A DNA stretch of 64,000 nt, from NCBI RefSeq assembly GCF_030144325.1, contig NZ_CP126307.1, positions 459,748 to 523,747 of the forward strand, written 5' to 3'. The notes under the pieces were generated by a model, which was given only the letters and a program-made list of their open reading frames with translations, ran no database searches and was not told where the DNA came from. The position numbers and the translations under genes were made by a program. Below, one piece after another: positions 44,961-53,635 of the stretch. The DNA comes from Bosea vestrisii. GTDB lineage: Bacteria; Pseudomonadota; Alphaproteobacteria; Rhizobiales; Beijerinckiaceae. Position 1 is the stretch's first letter. Each line of letters begins with the position of its first letter.

Positions 44961-45056
44961 GGGATTTGCTCCGATCGGAAGGCGGTGGGTTCTTGTCTCG
45001 GAGTAGAAAATACGAATAATTCGTCGCGTTTCCTATTCGCATTGCCGGAGCACGAT

Positions 45057-45695
45057 GTGGCCGATCAGCCAACCTCCCGAATTTCCTCGCGAAAAACGCC
45101 GAAACAGACGCGCTCAGCGGAGCTGGTCTCGGCCATATTGGAAGCCGCTGTTCAGGTTCTGGCGCAGGAAGGTGCTCAGCGCTTCACCACGGCCCGCGTG
45201 GCCGAGAGGGCCGGCGTCAGCGTCGGCTCGCTCTACCAGTATTTCCCGAACAAGGCGGCCATCCTGTTCCGGCTGCAGAGCGACGAATGGCGGCAGACCA
45301 ACGCGATGCTGACCGGTATCCTCGGCGATGCCACCAAGCCGCCGCTCGCCCGCCTGAGAATGCTGGTCCATGCCTTCATCCGGTCCGAATGCGACGAGGC
45401 CACAGTGCGCGTCGCGCTCAGCGATGCGGCCCCGCTCTACCGTGACGCGCCTGAAGCGAAGGAGGCCCGCGCGGCTGGCAGCCGGCTTTTCGAGACGTTC
45501 ATGACAGCTGCGCTGCCAGCTGCGTCGGCAGGGGAACGCATGCTGGCCAAGGATCTGATCACCATGACGCTGAGCGCCGTCGGCAAGCAGTTCTCGGCAA
45601 CGGCGAGGACCGATGCCGAAATCCAGGCCTATTCCGACGCTCTCGCCGACATGTTTTGCGCCTATCTGCGCCATTTAGGGCAAGGCCGCGGATGA
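45057..45695 (+). CDS. TetR/AcrR family transcriptional regulator
   Basis: HTH ...TRSAELVSAILEAAVQVLAQEGAQRFTTARVAERAGVSVGSLYQYFPNKAAIL... The start is GTG 45057 or TTG 45042, as there is no in-frame ATG. It is divergent from the methyltransferase, and a 13-bp palindrome sits in the shared promoter region. Confidence 0.75.
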   Translation: MADQPTSRISSRKTPKQTRSAELVSAILEAAVQVLAQEGAQRFTTARVAERAGVSVGSLYQYFPNKAAILFRLQSDEWRQTNAMLTGILGDATKPPLARLRMLVHAFIRSECDEATVRVALSDAAPLYRDAPEAKEARAAGSRLFETFMTAALPAASAGERMLAKDLITMTLSAVGKQFSATARTDAEIQAYSDALADMFCAYLRHLGQGRG

Positions 45696-45960
45696 GCACG
45701 GCGATCGGAACGGGCAGCGCGCCTACGGTTTTGAGCAGTCCGTCATTCTCTATCGTCATGATGGGCGCGCTTATCGGGCAGGCAACCCGACCAGCACCGC
45801 TACGCCGATCAACATCGCACCTGCAACACCCCACAACGTCCAGAGACCCCGCACCCTGCATTCGAGCACGGCAAGTGCGCTCGACGCCACCCTCGCAGCA
45901 GTCGTTCTCGTCGTCGCTGGCGGCCCGGCGCTCGCAGCCGAGCAGGCCGCCAAGCTCTTC

Positions 45961-46212
45961 ATGGTCGTGACCGAGAAGGATGAGACTGTCGTGGCGCTCA
46001 CAAAAGAAGATACCTCGCTGACGGCCGATGCCACGGCAATCAGCAAGGCCCTGGGCGAGCGTGGTTCGCTGACCGTCTGGCGCTATGCGGTTCGCAAAGC
46101 AAAGGACGGCGAACTTGAGCAAGCTCCGTGGGGCAAGATCAGTGTGCAGGCTCAAGGGGTTCTGCGCGTCGAGCCCTATCGAACGCCCCTTCGCGTCGTA
46201 GCCGCAGAATGA
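45961..46212 (+). CDS. Hypothetical small protein (possibly secreted; N-terminus uncertain)
   Basis: ATG-initiated 83 aa: MVVTEKDETVVALTKEDTSLTADATAISKALGERGSLTVWRYAVRKAKDGELEQAPWGKISVQAQGVLRVEPYRTPLRVVAAE. The same frame is open for ~240 nt upstream and encodes a signal-peptide-like ...LDATLAAVVLVVAGGPALAAEQAAKLF but has no canonical start. Confidence 0.3.
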   Translation: MVVTEKDETVVALTKEDTSLTADATAISKALGERGSLTVWRYAVRKAKDGELEQAPWGKISVQAQGVLRVEPYRTPLRVVAAE

Positions 46213-46414
46213 AGCCCTCTGTAGCGTCGCGGTTTGTTCGTAGGACATGACGGTCAGCTGGCCTTGGCCGCCTTGCGCGCGATGGCGTCTTCCTCCGCTG
46301 TTGGCCAAGGCCCATTTTCTTGGCCAACGTCGAGCGAGCCTCTGCACAAGCGGCGCAATCATCGGATAGTCAGCCGGCAGATTCCGACCTGCACGATATT
46401 GATCCGGCGACATG

Positions 46415-46722
46415 TCATAGGCCCTTCTCACGGGCACAAGCCGGAAGCGCGGTCGCTCCAGAAGGACATGCTTGCCCGCCGCGAGGCCGCCATGGCCTTG
46501 CCCCCGGCGCGGCAGGGGCGGCGTGCACAGGCGAAGGCGTCGATCTCGGGCGCCTGCGCCAGCAACTCCTCCAGCGTCGCGTAGTGCGCGATCGCTTCGG
46601 GGCTGGCGTTGCGACTGGCGATCGCCGCCAGTTCGATGCCGGCCGTCGCCGCGATGGCCGGAACACGCTAATCGCGGGCGATCTTGCCCAGACCGACTAT
46701 AGCGAGACGGGTTGGCGACATC
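46415..46722 (-). pseudogene. Gfo/Idh/MocA oxidoreductase N-terminal remnant (premature TAG and frameshift)
   Basis: The minus strand reads MSPTRLAIVGLGKIARD-TAG-RVPAIAATAGIELAAIASRNASPEAIAHYATLEELLAQAPEIDAF..., a typical Rossmann N-terminus. It is interrupted by an in-frame stop and then loses frame (...LCTPP...GKHVLLE appear in other frames). Confidence 0.35.
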
Positions 46723-46753
46723 GGCTGGATACCTACGAGGCGGCCTGCGAAGC

Positions 46754-48051
46754 TCAGGCTGCATCCTTCCATTTCGGCAGGGCATCGCCATGGGCGGCGA
46801 TGAGCTCGTCGACCATGCGCCGCGTCTCCTGCAGCGACAGCACGCTCGCCGCATGGCGGTCGAGCGCCGCGGCCCGGTGGACGCGCTCGCGGTCGCCATC
46901 GAGCGCCGCGCGCACCGTCAGATCCTGGACGAAGACATGGGGGCGCAATGCGCCGCCAACTCCGGCGGCAGCGTGCCGGCATGGCAGGGGCGCAGGCCGT
47001 TGCGATCGACGATGACCGGCACCTCGACGCAGCAACCCTCGGGCAGGTTGTCGATCAGCCGGGTGTTCTCGACATTGCCGTAGATCACGGTCGGCTCGCC
47101 GGTCACCATGGCGCGGATGATCAGGGAGCCGTACTCGTCGCTGCGTTCCAGCGGGAAGGCTTCGCCGGCCAGGAGCTTGCGGCGCGTCTCGGTATAGCGG
47201 CCGAGATTGCGGACGCTGCGGCGGACATATTCATCGACCGGCACGTCGTATTCGGCGATCTGGTCGTCGCGGCGCAGGAAATACGGGGTGTATTCGGCAT
47301 TGTGCTCGCTGGATTCGCTGACGAACCAGCCGAGCGTCCGCATCAGCTCGAAGCGGACCTTGTCCCTGGCGTAGATCTCCGGATCGGCCATCGCCTTGCG
47401 TAGCGCCGGATAGGCGTCCTTGCCATCAATCTGGAGCTTGAGGAACCAGGTCATGTGGTTGATGCCGGCACAGTCATAGCTCAGCCGCGACTGCTCGACG
47501 CCGAGATAGCTCGCAAGATCGCGCGCCGTGTGCTGGACGTTGTGGCAAAGACCGACGACCCGCTGCTCGGGATAGGCCTTGTAGACCGCCCAGGTCAGGA
47601 TGCTCATCGGGTTGGTGTAGTTCAGCAGGACGGCGTCGGGGCAGAGCTCGCGCATGTCGGCGACGAGGTTGAGCATGAAGGGGATGGTGCGCAGGCCCCG
47701 GAAGATGCCGCCTATGCCGACCGTGTCGGCGATCGTCTGCTTCAACCCGTATTTCCGCGGGATGTCGAAGTCGAGCAAAGTCGCCTCGTGCATGCCGATC
47801 TGGACCATGTTGATGACAAAGTCGCAGCCCTCGAGCGCGCGCCGGCGATCGAGATGCTCCTCGATCACCGCATCGGCGCCGAATTGCTGGGCGGTCCAGC
47901 GCGCCATCATGCCACCGGTCTCGAGCCGCTCGGGATCGATGTCGTGCAGCGAGATCACGATGCGGCCGAGCTCGGTGAAGTTCAGGATGTCGGTCAACAG
48001 GTTCTTGACGAAGACGGCGCTGCCCGCGCCCATCATGGCAATCTTGACCAC
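46754..48051 (-). pseudogene. Glycoside hydrolase family 4 (NAD/Mn-dependent alpha-glucosidase/galactosidase-like), frameshifted near 46945-46960
   Basis: MVKIAMMGAGSAVFVKNLLTDIL... (the GH4 Rossmann start) ...CHNVQHT...NHMTWF... The main frame ends ...LPPELAAHCAPMSSSRI*. The conserved C-terminus (...ALRPHVFVQDLTVRAALDGDRERVHRAAALDRHAASVLSLQETRRMVDELIAAH) continues in the +1 frame to 46754, consistent with a 1-nt deletion. Confidence 0.65.
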
Positions 48052-48108
48052 CGGTCTTTCCCTTTCGAAACGTCGATGCTGGTTGGCCCGCGCCCATGCG
48101 CGAGCCGG

Positions 48109-48954
48109 TCACTTGAGGCCCGAGCCAGAGATGCCCTGGACGAAATAGCGCTGGAAGAAGGTGAAGATGATCAGCATCGGCACCAGCGAAAGCAGTGCGA
48201 TCGCCATGATCATCGTCCACTCGGTGTTGAACTGGCCGCGCAGGAGGTTGAGGCCGAGCTGCACGGTGTACATCTCCTGCTTCATCATTATCACCAGCGG
48301 CAGGGCGAAGTCGTTCCAGCGCCACATGAAGGTAAAGATCACCAGCACGGCGATGATCGGCTTCGAGAGCGGCACGACGATCTTGAAGAATATCTTCAAC
48401 TCGCTGGCGCCGTCGATACGCGCCGCCTCGAGCAGTTCATCGGGGATCGAGACCATGAACTGGCGCACCATGAAGATGCCGAAGGCCTCGGCCGCGCGCG
48501 GCAGGATCACGCCCCAGTAGTCGCTGAGCAGGCCAAGCTCGGAGACCACCAGGAAGAGCGGCACGATGATGACCTGGAACGGGATCATCAGCGCCGACAG
48601 CACCGCAAGGAAGAGGATGTCGCGGCCGGCGAAGCGGAACTTGGCGAAGGCATAGCCGCACAGCAGGTTGATCGTCACGGTGATCACCACCGCGACCACG
48701 GTGATGACCAACGAGTTCGCCGCCCAATTCAGGAACGGCACCCGCCCGATCGCGTCGGCGAAGTTCTGCCAGACGAAGCTCGACGGGATCAGCCCGGCAG
48801 CGCCGCTGAAGACCTCGTCCTTCGGCCGCACCGCAGTCGCGAACATCCAGTAGACCGGGAAGAACATGATCCCGGCTCCCGCCACCAGCAGGAGCCAGAT
48901 GCCGGAACTCTCCAGGCGTCGGCTCCAGGCGCGGTCGCTCGATCCCGCTATCAT
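48109..48954 (-). CDS. Carbohydrate ABC transporter permease (MalG/AglG-like)
   Basis: BPD_transp_1 EAA-loop ...EAARIDGASELKIFFKIVVPLSKP... and six TM helices. Confidence 0.85.
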   Translation of the reverse strand: MIAGSSDRAWSRRLESSGIWLLLVAGAGIMFFPVYWMFATAVRPKDEVFSGAAGLIPSSFVWQNFADAIGRVPFLNWAANSLVITVVAVVITVTINLLCGYAFAKFRFAGRDILFLAVLSALMIPFQVIIVPLFLVVSELGLLSDYWGVILPRAAEAFGIFMVRQFMVSIPDELLEAARIDGASELKIFFKIVVPLSKPIIAVLVIFTFMWRWNDFALPLVIMMKQEMYTVQLGLNLLRGQFNTEWTMIMAIALLSLVPMLIIFTFFQRYFVQGISGSGLK

Positions 48955-48964
48955 GGCTGCCTCC

Positions 48965-49918
48965 TCATGCGACGTCCTCGACCCGCCGGTTCACCCGCCA
49001 TTGCATCAGGGTGAAGAGCAGGATCATCACGAACAGAACCATGCCCATGGCGCTGGCATAGCCCATCTCCGAACTGACGAAGGCGGCCTGGTAGATGTAC
49101 TGGACGATCATCGTCGTCGAGAAACCGGGGCCGCCACCGGTCATGACGTAGATCAGGTCGAAGACCTGGAACGAGTAGATCACGCCGAGGATCAGCAGCA
49201 GGAAGGTCGCCGGCCTGAGCAGCGGCCAGGTGATGTAGCGGAATTGCTGCCAGCGGGTGGCGCCGTCCATCTTGGCGGCGTCGTAATAGGTCGGCGAGAT
49301 CGATTGCAGCGCGGCGAGATAGACCACCATGCAAAAGCCGATGCGAACCCAGAGCGTGGTGACGATCAGCGAGAATAGCGCCCAACGCGGTGAGGACAGC
49401 CAGGCGACGGGGCCGAGGCCGATCCGTTGCAGCAGCGTGTTGATGACGCCGTAATTGTCGTTGAAGAGCCAGGCTGCGATCACCGCCGTGGCGACGTTCG
49501 AGATCACCACCGGCAGGAAGTAGATGCTACGGAGCAGGGTGCGGCCGACGAGGTCGCGGTTCAGCGCCACCGCCAGCAGGAGGCCAATCGCAAGGCTCAT
49601 CGGCACGGTCGCGACGGAGAAGACCAGCGTGTTGCGCAGCGACTGCCAGAACAGCGCGTCATTGGCCAGTCGGACGTAGTTCTCCAGCCCGATATAGCGC
49701 GGCGTGTCGATCAGGCTCCATTCTCGCAGGCTGATGTAGAGCGCATAGAGCAGCGGGAAGAAGACGAAGACCGAGAACAGCGCCATGTTCGGTGCGATGA
49801 ACATGTAGGGCGTCAGCTGGTTGCGCTTGGCTTGCAGCCAATAGCGCCGAGCATCGGCGGCCGAGGGCCGGCCGGCGGCGGGCCCTCTCAGGTTTTCTGC
49901 GATCGCCATCATCGCCAT
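48965..49918 (-). CDS. Carbohydrate ABC transporter permease (MalF/AglF-like)
   Basis: ...AAKMDGATRWQQFRYITWPLLRP... EAA-loop, 317 aa. Confidence 0.85.
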   Translation of the reverse strand: MAMMAIAENLRGPAAGRPSAADARRYWLQAKRNQLTPYMFIAPNMALFSVFVFFPLLYALYISLREWSLIDTPRYIGLENYVRLANDALFWQSLRNTLVFSVATVPMSLAIGLLLAVALNRDLVGRTLLRSIYFLPVVISNVATAVIAAWLFNDNYGVINTLLQRIGLGPVAWLSSPRWALFSLIVTTLWVRIGFCMVVYLAALQSISPTYYDAAKMDGATRWQQFRYITWPLLRPATFLLLILGVIYSFQVFDLIYVMTGGGPGFSTTMIVQYIYQAAFVSSEMGYASAMGMVLFVMILLFTLMQWRVNRRVEDVA

Positions 49919-49922
49919 GCCG

Positions 49923-51206
49923 TCAGACCAGCAGCGTGGAACGCACGTGCTTTTCTATGTTCGCGACGGTCGCTGTGGGCGATTGGCCGGAGGTGAAGGC
50001 GAGCTCGAGCTCGTCGGCCAGCTTGGCGTTGAAGCGGTCCCAGGTCGGCCTGACGATGGTGCTGACGAGGTGTTCCGGGACGGTCGCCGACTGCTCGAGG
50101 AAGACCTTCATCTCCTCGTTGCGGATGTCATAGACGAGGCCTTTGTCCTTCAGCGATTTGCGCACCGGCAGGAACTGCGCCTTGGTGACGAAGCTGCGCA
50201 TCGACTCCTCTTCGACCATGAACTTGACGAAGTCGGCCGCCACGTCGGGGCTCTTGCTGTCACGCGAGACCGCCAGGGCGTTGCCACCGAGATCAGCCGC
50301 CATCGCGACATCGCGCGGCAGATAGGTGACGCCCCATTTGAACTTGGCCTGGTCCTGGATGAAGGGGATTTGCCAGTCACCATGCAGCAGCATGGCGATC
50401 TTGCCGGTGGCGAACAGGTTCTGCACCGGCTCGGAACTCTTCAGCGAGGTGTTGGGCGGAACGAGCCCATCCTTGAACCAGCTCTGGGTCCAGGCGACGG
50501 TCTCTGCCGCCTCCTTCGTATTGACCTGCGGACCCTTGAGCTCGTTGTCGAGCAGCTGGCCGCCATGCTGGTAGAGATACATCAGCCAGCGATAGGCGTT
50601 GGAGTTCTGCCAGTTCATCGCGAAGGCGTAGTTCAGGCCGGCCTTCTCCTTCACCAGCTTGGCGGCGCTGATGAATTTCTGCCAGCTCCAGCTCTTGTCG
50701 AGGCTCCTGGGCGCCTCGATGCCGAGCTTCTCGAAGATCTCGGCGTTGTAGAACAGCGCGAAGGTGTCGGTGTGATGCGGCAAGGCGTGGGGCTTGCCTT
50801 TGAAGGTCGAGGCACGCCAGACCGAGGGCAGGAAGTCCTGGCCGAACCCGGCATCGAGATATTGCGACAAGTCGATCGCCGCGCCGCTCTGCCCGTAGCG
50901 CCCGATCCGCTGATACTGGGCGCGGAAGATGTCCGGGGCCTGCTTGCCGGCGAAGCGGGTGTCGAGCTGCTGGTAGTACTGGCCGCTGGGCACGACCTCG
51001 AGCTTGATGGCGACGTTGGGATTGCGGGCCTTGTACTGCTCGATCAGGGCATTGAAGGCGGCGACCTCGGCGGGCGACCCCCAGGAGGTCATGCTCAGCG
51101 ACGCGGCCTTCTGGGCGCTCGCTGCGCCCCAGTACATGCCGGCCCCGGCGCCGATACCGGCGCACAGCCCGGTTTTGAGGAAACTGCGCTTGGTGATGGT
51201 CGTCAT
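49923..51206 (-). CDS. ABC transporter substrate-binding protein (sugar-binding, SBP family 1), Tat/Sec-type signal
   Basis: MTTITKRSFLKTGLCAGIGAGAGMYWGAASAQ is a Tat-like signal peptide, followed by an SBP_bac_1-like fold. It sits in an operon with the two permeases and the GH4 gene. Confidence 0.85.
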   Translation of the reverse strand: MTTITKRSFLKTGLCAGIGAGAGMYWGAASAQKAASLSMTSWGSPAEVAAFNALIEQYKARNPNVAIKLEVVPSGQYYQQLDTRFAGKQAPDIFRAQYQRIGRYGQSGAAIDLSQYLDAGFGQDFLPSVWRASTFKGKPHALPHHTDTFALFYNAEIFEKLGIEAPRSLDKSWSWQKFISAAKLVKEKAGLNYAFAMNWQNSNAYRWLMYLYQHGGQLLDNELKGPQVNTKEAAETVAWTQSWFKDGLVPPNTSLKSSEPVQNLFATGKIAMLLHGDWQIPFIQDQAKFKWGVTYLPRDVAMAADLGGNALAVSRDSKSPDVAADFVKFMVEEESMRSFVTKAQFLPVRKSLKDKGLVYDIRNEEMKVFLEQSATVPEHLVSTIVRPTWDRFNAKLADELELAFTSGQSPTATVANIEKHVRSTLLV

Positions 51207-51257
51207 GGTTTCGATCTCCCTTTTGTCTTTTTTATCGTTGGAACGCGGTAGGCTCTT

Positions 51258-52336
51258 TCAGGCTCCTTCCCGGTCGATAGCGGCGCGAGCGCCGCCGCAG
51301 GATTCGCGCACCAGCAGGCGCACCGGCAGCACCTGCTCGCGGGGCGGCGGCTCGGCCTCGCCTTCCAGCCGGCCGATCACCGCCTCGACGGCGAGCCGGC
51401 CGATATCGGCGCGGGAATAGTCGACCGTGGTCAGTTCCGGCGTAACGAAGCCACCGAGTGCGATGCCGTCGAAGCCGACGACCGCCATCTCCTCCGGCAC
51501 GCGCACGCCGTGCTGGCGCAGCGCATGCAGCACGCCGATCGCCATCTGGTCGCTGTAGACGAAGACGGCGCTCGGCCGTTCGTCCTGTGCCAGCAGCTCT
51601 TCCATTGCCGAGAAACCGCCGGCGAGACTTGGCTCCGCCATCGCGACCAGGTGCGGGTCCACGGCGATACCGGCTTCCTGCAGCGCCCGCGCATAACCGT
51701 CCGAGCGCTCGCGGCGCTTCAGCAGGCGCTGTGACGTGCTGCCGATATGGGCGATGCGGAGATGGCCGAGATCGATCAGGTGGCGAGTCGCGACATAGCC
51801 ACCCCCTCCAGGTCGACACGCACAGCCTGGATTGCCGGATCGGGGCTGTGGTGCTGCATGACCACGATCGGCATGCCGTTGTCGGCGAGCTTCTTCAGGT
51901 CGGCAGCGAGGTCGGCGGGGGGAGCAGCGACGATCACGCCGTCGGCGACCCCGCCGGAGAGCAGCGCATAGGCCCGCCGCTGCACCTCGTCGAACTTCGC
52001 CGACATGATGTTCAGCGAGTAGCCACGCTCGAGCGCGGCAGCATGGGCGGCGCCGATGATCTCGGCATTGTAGAAACTGTCCAGCGTATAAAGCAGCAGC
52101 GCGATGACGTTGGTGCGCCAACGCCGCAGCGAACGCGCAGCATGGCTCGGCTGATAGCTCAGTCGGGCGGCTGCATCGGCGACGCGCGCCCGCGTCTCGG
52201 CCGAGATACCGAGCTCGCCGCCGCGATCATTGAGAACGAGGGAGACAGTGGTCCGCGAGACGCCGGCGAGCTTGGCCACCTCCGCGCTGGTGGCGCGGCG
52301 ACTGGTTCGCTCGAGCGGAAGCGCGCGCTTCGCCAA
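51258..52336 (-). pseudogene. LacI family transcriptional regulator, frameshifted in a G-run at ~51804-51808
   Basis: HTH ...RRATSAEVAKLAGVSRTTVSLVLND... plus the N-terminal sugar-binding half end ...AVRVDLEGVAMSRLAT*. The remainder (...GGGGYVATRHLIDLGHLRIAHIG...VFVYSDQMAIGVLHALRQHGVRVPEEMAVVGFDG...) lies in the +1 frame to 51258, with the junction inside GAGGGGGTGG. TTG start with a GGAGGG SD. Confidence 0.65.
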
Positions 52337-52852
52337 AGCTCATCCCTCCATAGATTACTATCTAACACGATTTAGGAAGAGGCTAGATGCGAACTCACCC
52401 TCCTGTCAAGGCTTACGGGATGGGCGCTTTCGCTGCTGCGGAGAATTCCAGGGCGCACATTACAGGGCAGCTTGTTCGATGTGCGCGATCAAATCGGTGG
52501 AGGTTTGGCCCCGATCAATGCCTGTATCGTCGACGGCTCCCCCTCCCCTAAAGAACGGAGCGATCTACCGGATCAGGCTAGCCAATCAGCAGATCGGAAT
52601 GCCTCGGTTGGATCGTCGGCGCGGCGACTAGTCCGGGGTGGCGGCTATGCCGGACGACCTTGAGCAGATCGATGCACCGGCCGCGAACTTGTGGGCAATT
52701 GAAAGCTCCGCCGGAGGCGTACGGGGGCTGACCGCGAAGAGCCCTCCGAGCTCGGCGCCATTTACGCTGGTCGCAAAAGACAGCGAGTTCTTGCGAGGAA
52801 TGGCACCGCAGGAACCGGACCGAACATCCCGCGATGAATTGCGGCCTCTTTG

Positions 52853-53629
52853 CTATTCCGCCGCGCTTTTCTGCGCGTAGCCGAGGCGCTGGTTGAGCTC
52901 TTCCAGCAGCTTCTCGGCGGCGTCGGCGATGACGGTGCCGGGTGGGAAGATCGCGCTGGCGCCGGCCTCGATCAGCGCGTCGAAATCCTGTGGCGGGATC
53001 ACGCCGCCGACGACGATCATGATGTCGGGTCGCCCAGCCTTGGCGAGCGCCGCCTTCAGCTCGGGCACCAGCGTCAAATGGCCGGCAGCCAGCGACGAGA
53101 CGCCGACGATATGGACGTCGTTCTCGACGCCCTGCCGCGCCGCCTCGTCGGGCGTGGCGAAGAGCGGTCCGATATCGACGTCGAAGCCGAGATCGGCGAA
53201 GGCCGAGGCGATCACCTTCTGGCCGCGGTCGTGGCCGTCCTGGCCCATCTTGGCGACAAGGATGCGCGGGCGGCGCCCGTCCGCCTCCTCGAAGGCCTCG
53301 CACATCAATTGCACGCGCGTCACCGCAGGGTTCATCTCGCCGACCTCCCGCTTGTAGACGCCCGAGATCGACTTGATCTCGGCCCGGTGGCGCCCGAAGA
53401 CCTGCTCCATCGCCAGCGAGATCTCGCCGACGGTCGCCTTCGCCCGCGCCGCCTTGACCGCAAGGTCGAGCAGATTGGCCTTGCCTTGCGCGCCATGGGT
53501 CAGCGCGGTGAGGGCCGCCTGGCTCAAGCGACGTCGGTCTTCAACGTCCTGAGGTCGACATATTGCCGCCCCATGCGTCGGCTGCGGCCGCCACAAGGGC
53601 GACCGTCCCGAGCCTCTGCTACAAATCAT
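52853..53629 (-). pseudogene. Methylmalonyl-CoA mutase family protein, 3' fragment only (linker + B12-binding domain); 5' catalytic domain absent
   Basis: ...LSQAALTALTHGAQGKANLLDLAVKAARAKATVGEISLAMEQVFGRH... matches the end of the mutase TIM-barrel/linker. RPRILVAKMGQDGHDRGQKVIASAFADLGFDVDIGPLF...VHIVGVSSLAAGHLTLVPEL...IMIVVGGVIP is the cobalamin-binding domain (DxHxxG). The ORF begins 6 nt from the autotransporter stop, so ~450 aa of N-terminal sequence are missing. Confidence 0.6.
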
Positions 53630-53635
53630 CTGCCC

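Noticed and set aside
49917-51251. 444-aa plus ORF over the sugar SBP gene
   Set aside because: It is antisense to an SBP with a Tat signal and conserved fold.
52472-52880. Small plus-strand ORFs (63 and 80 aa) in the lower-GC spacer between LacI and the mutase fragment
   Set aside because: No SD and no recognisable motifs. The region looks like degraded non-coding DNA left by the truncation event.
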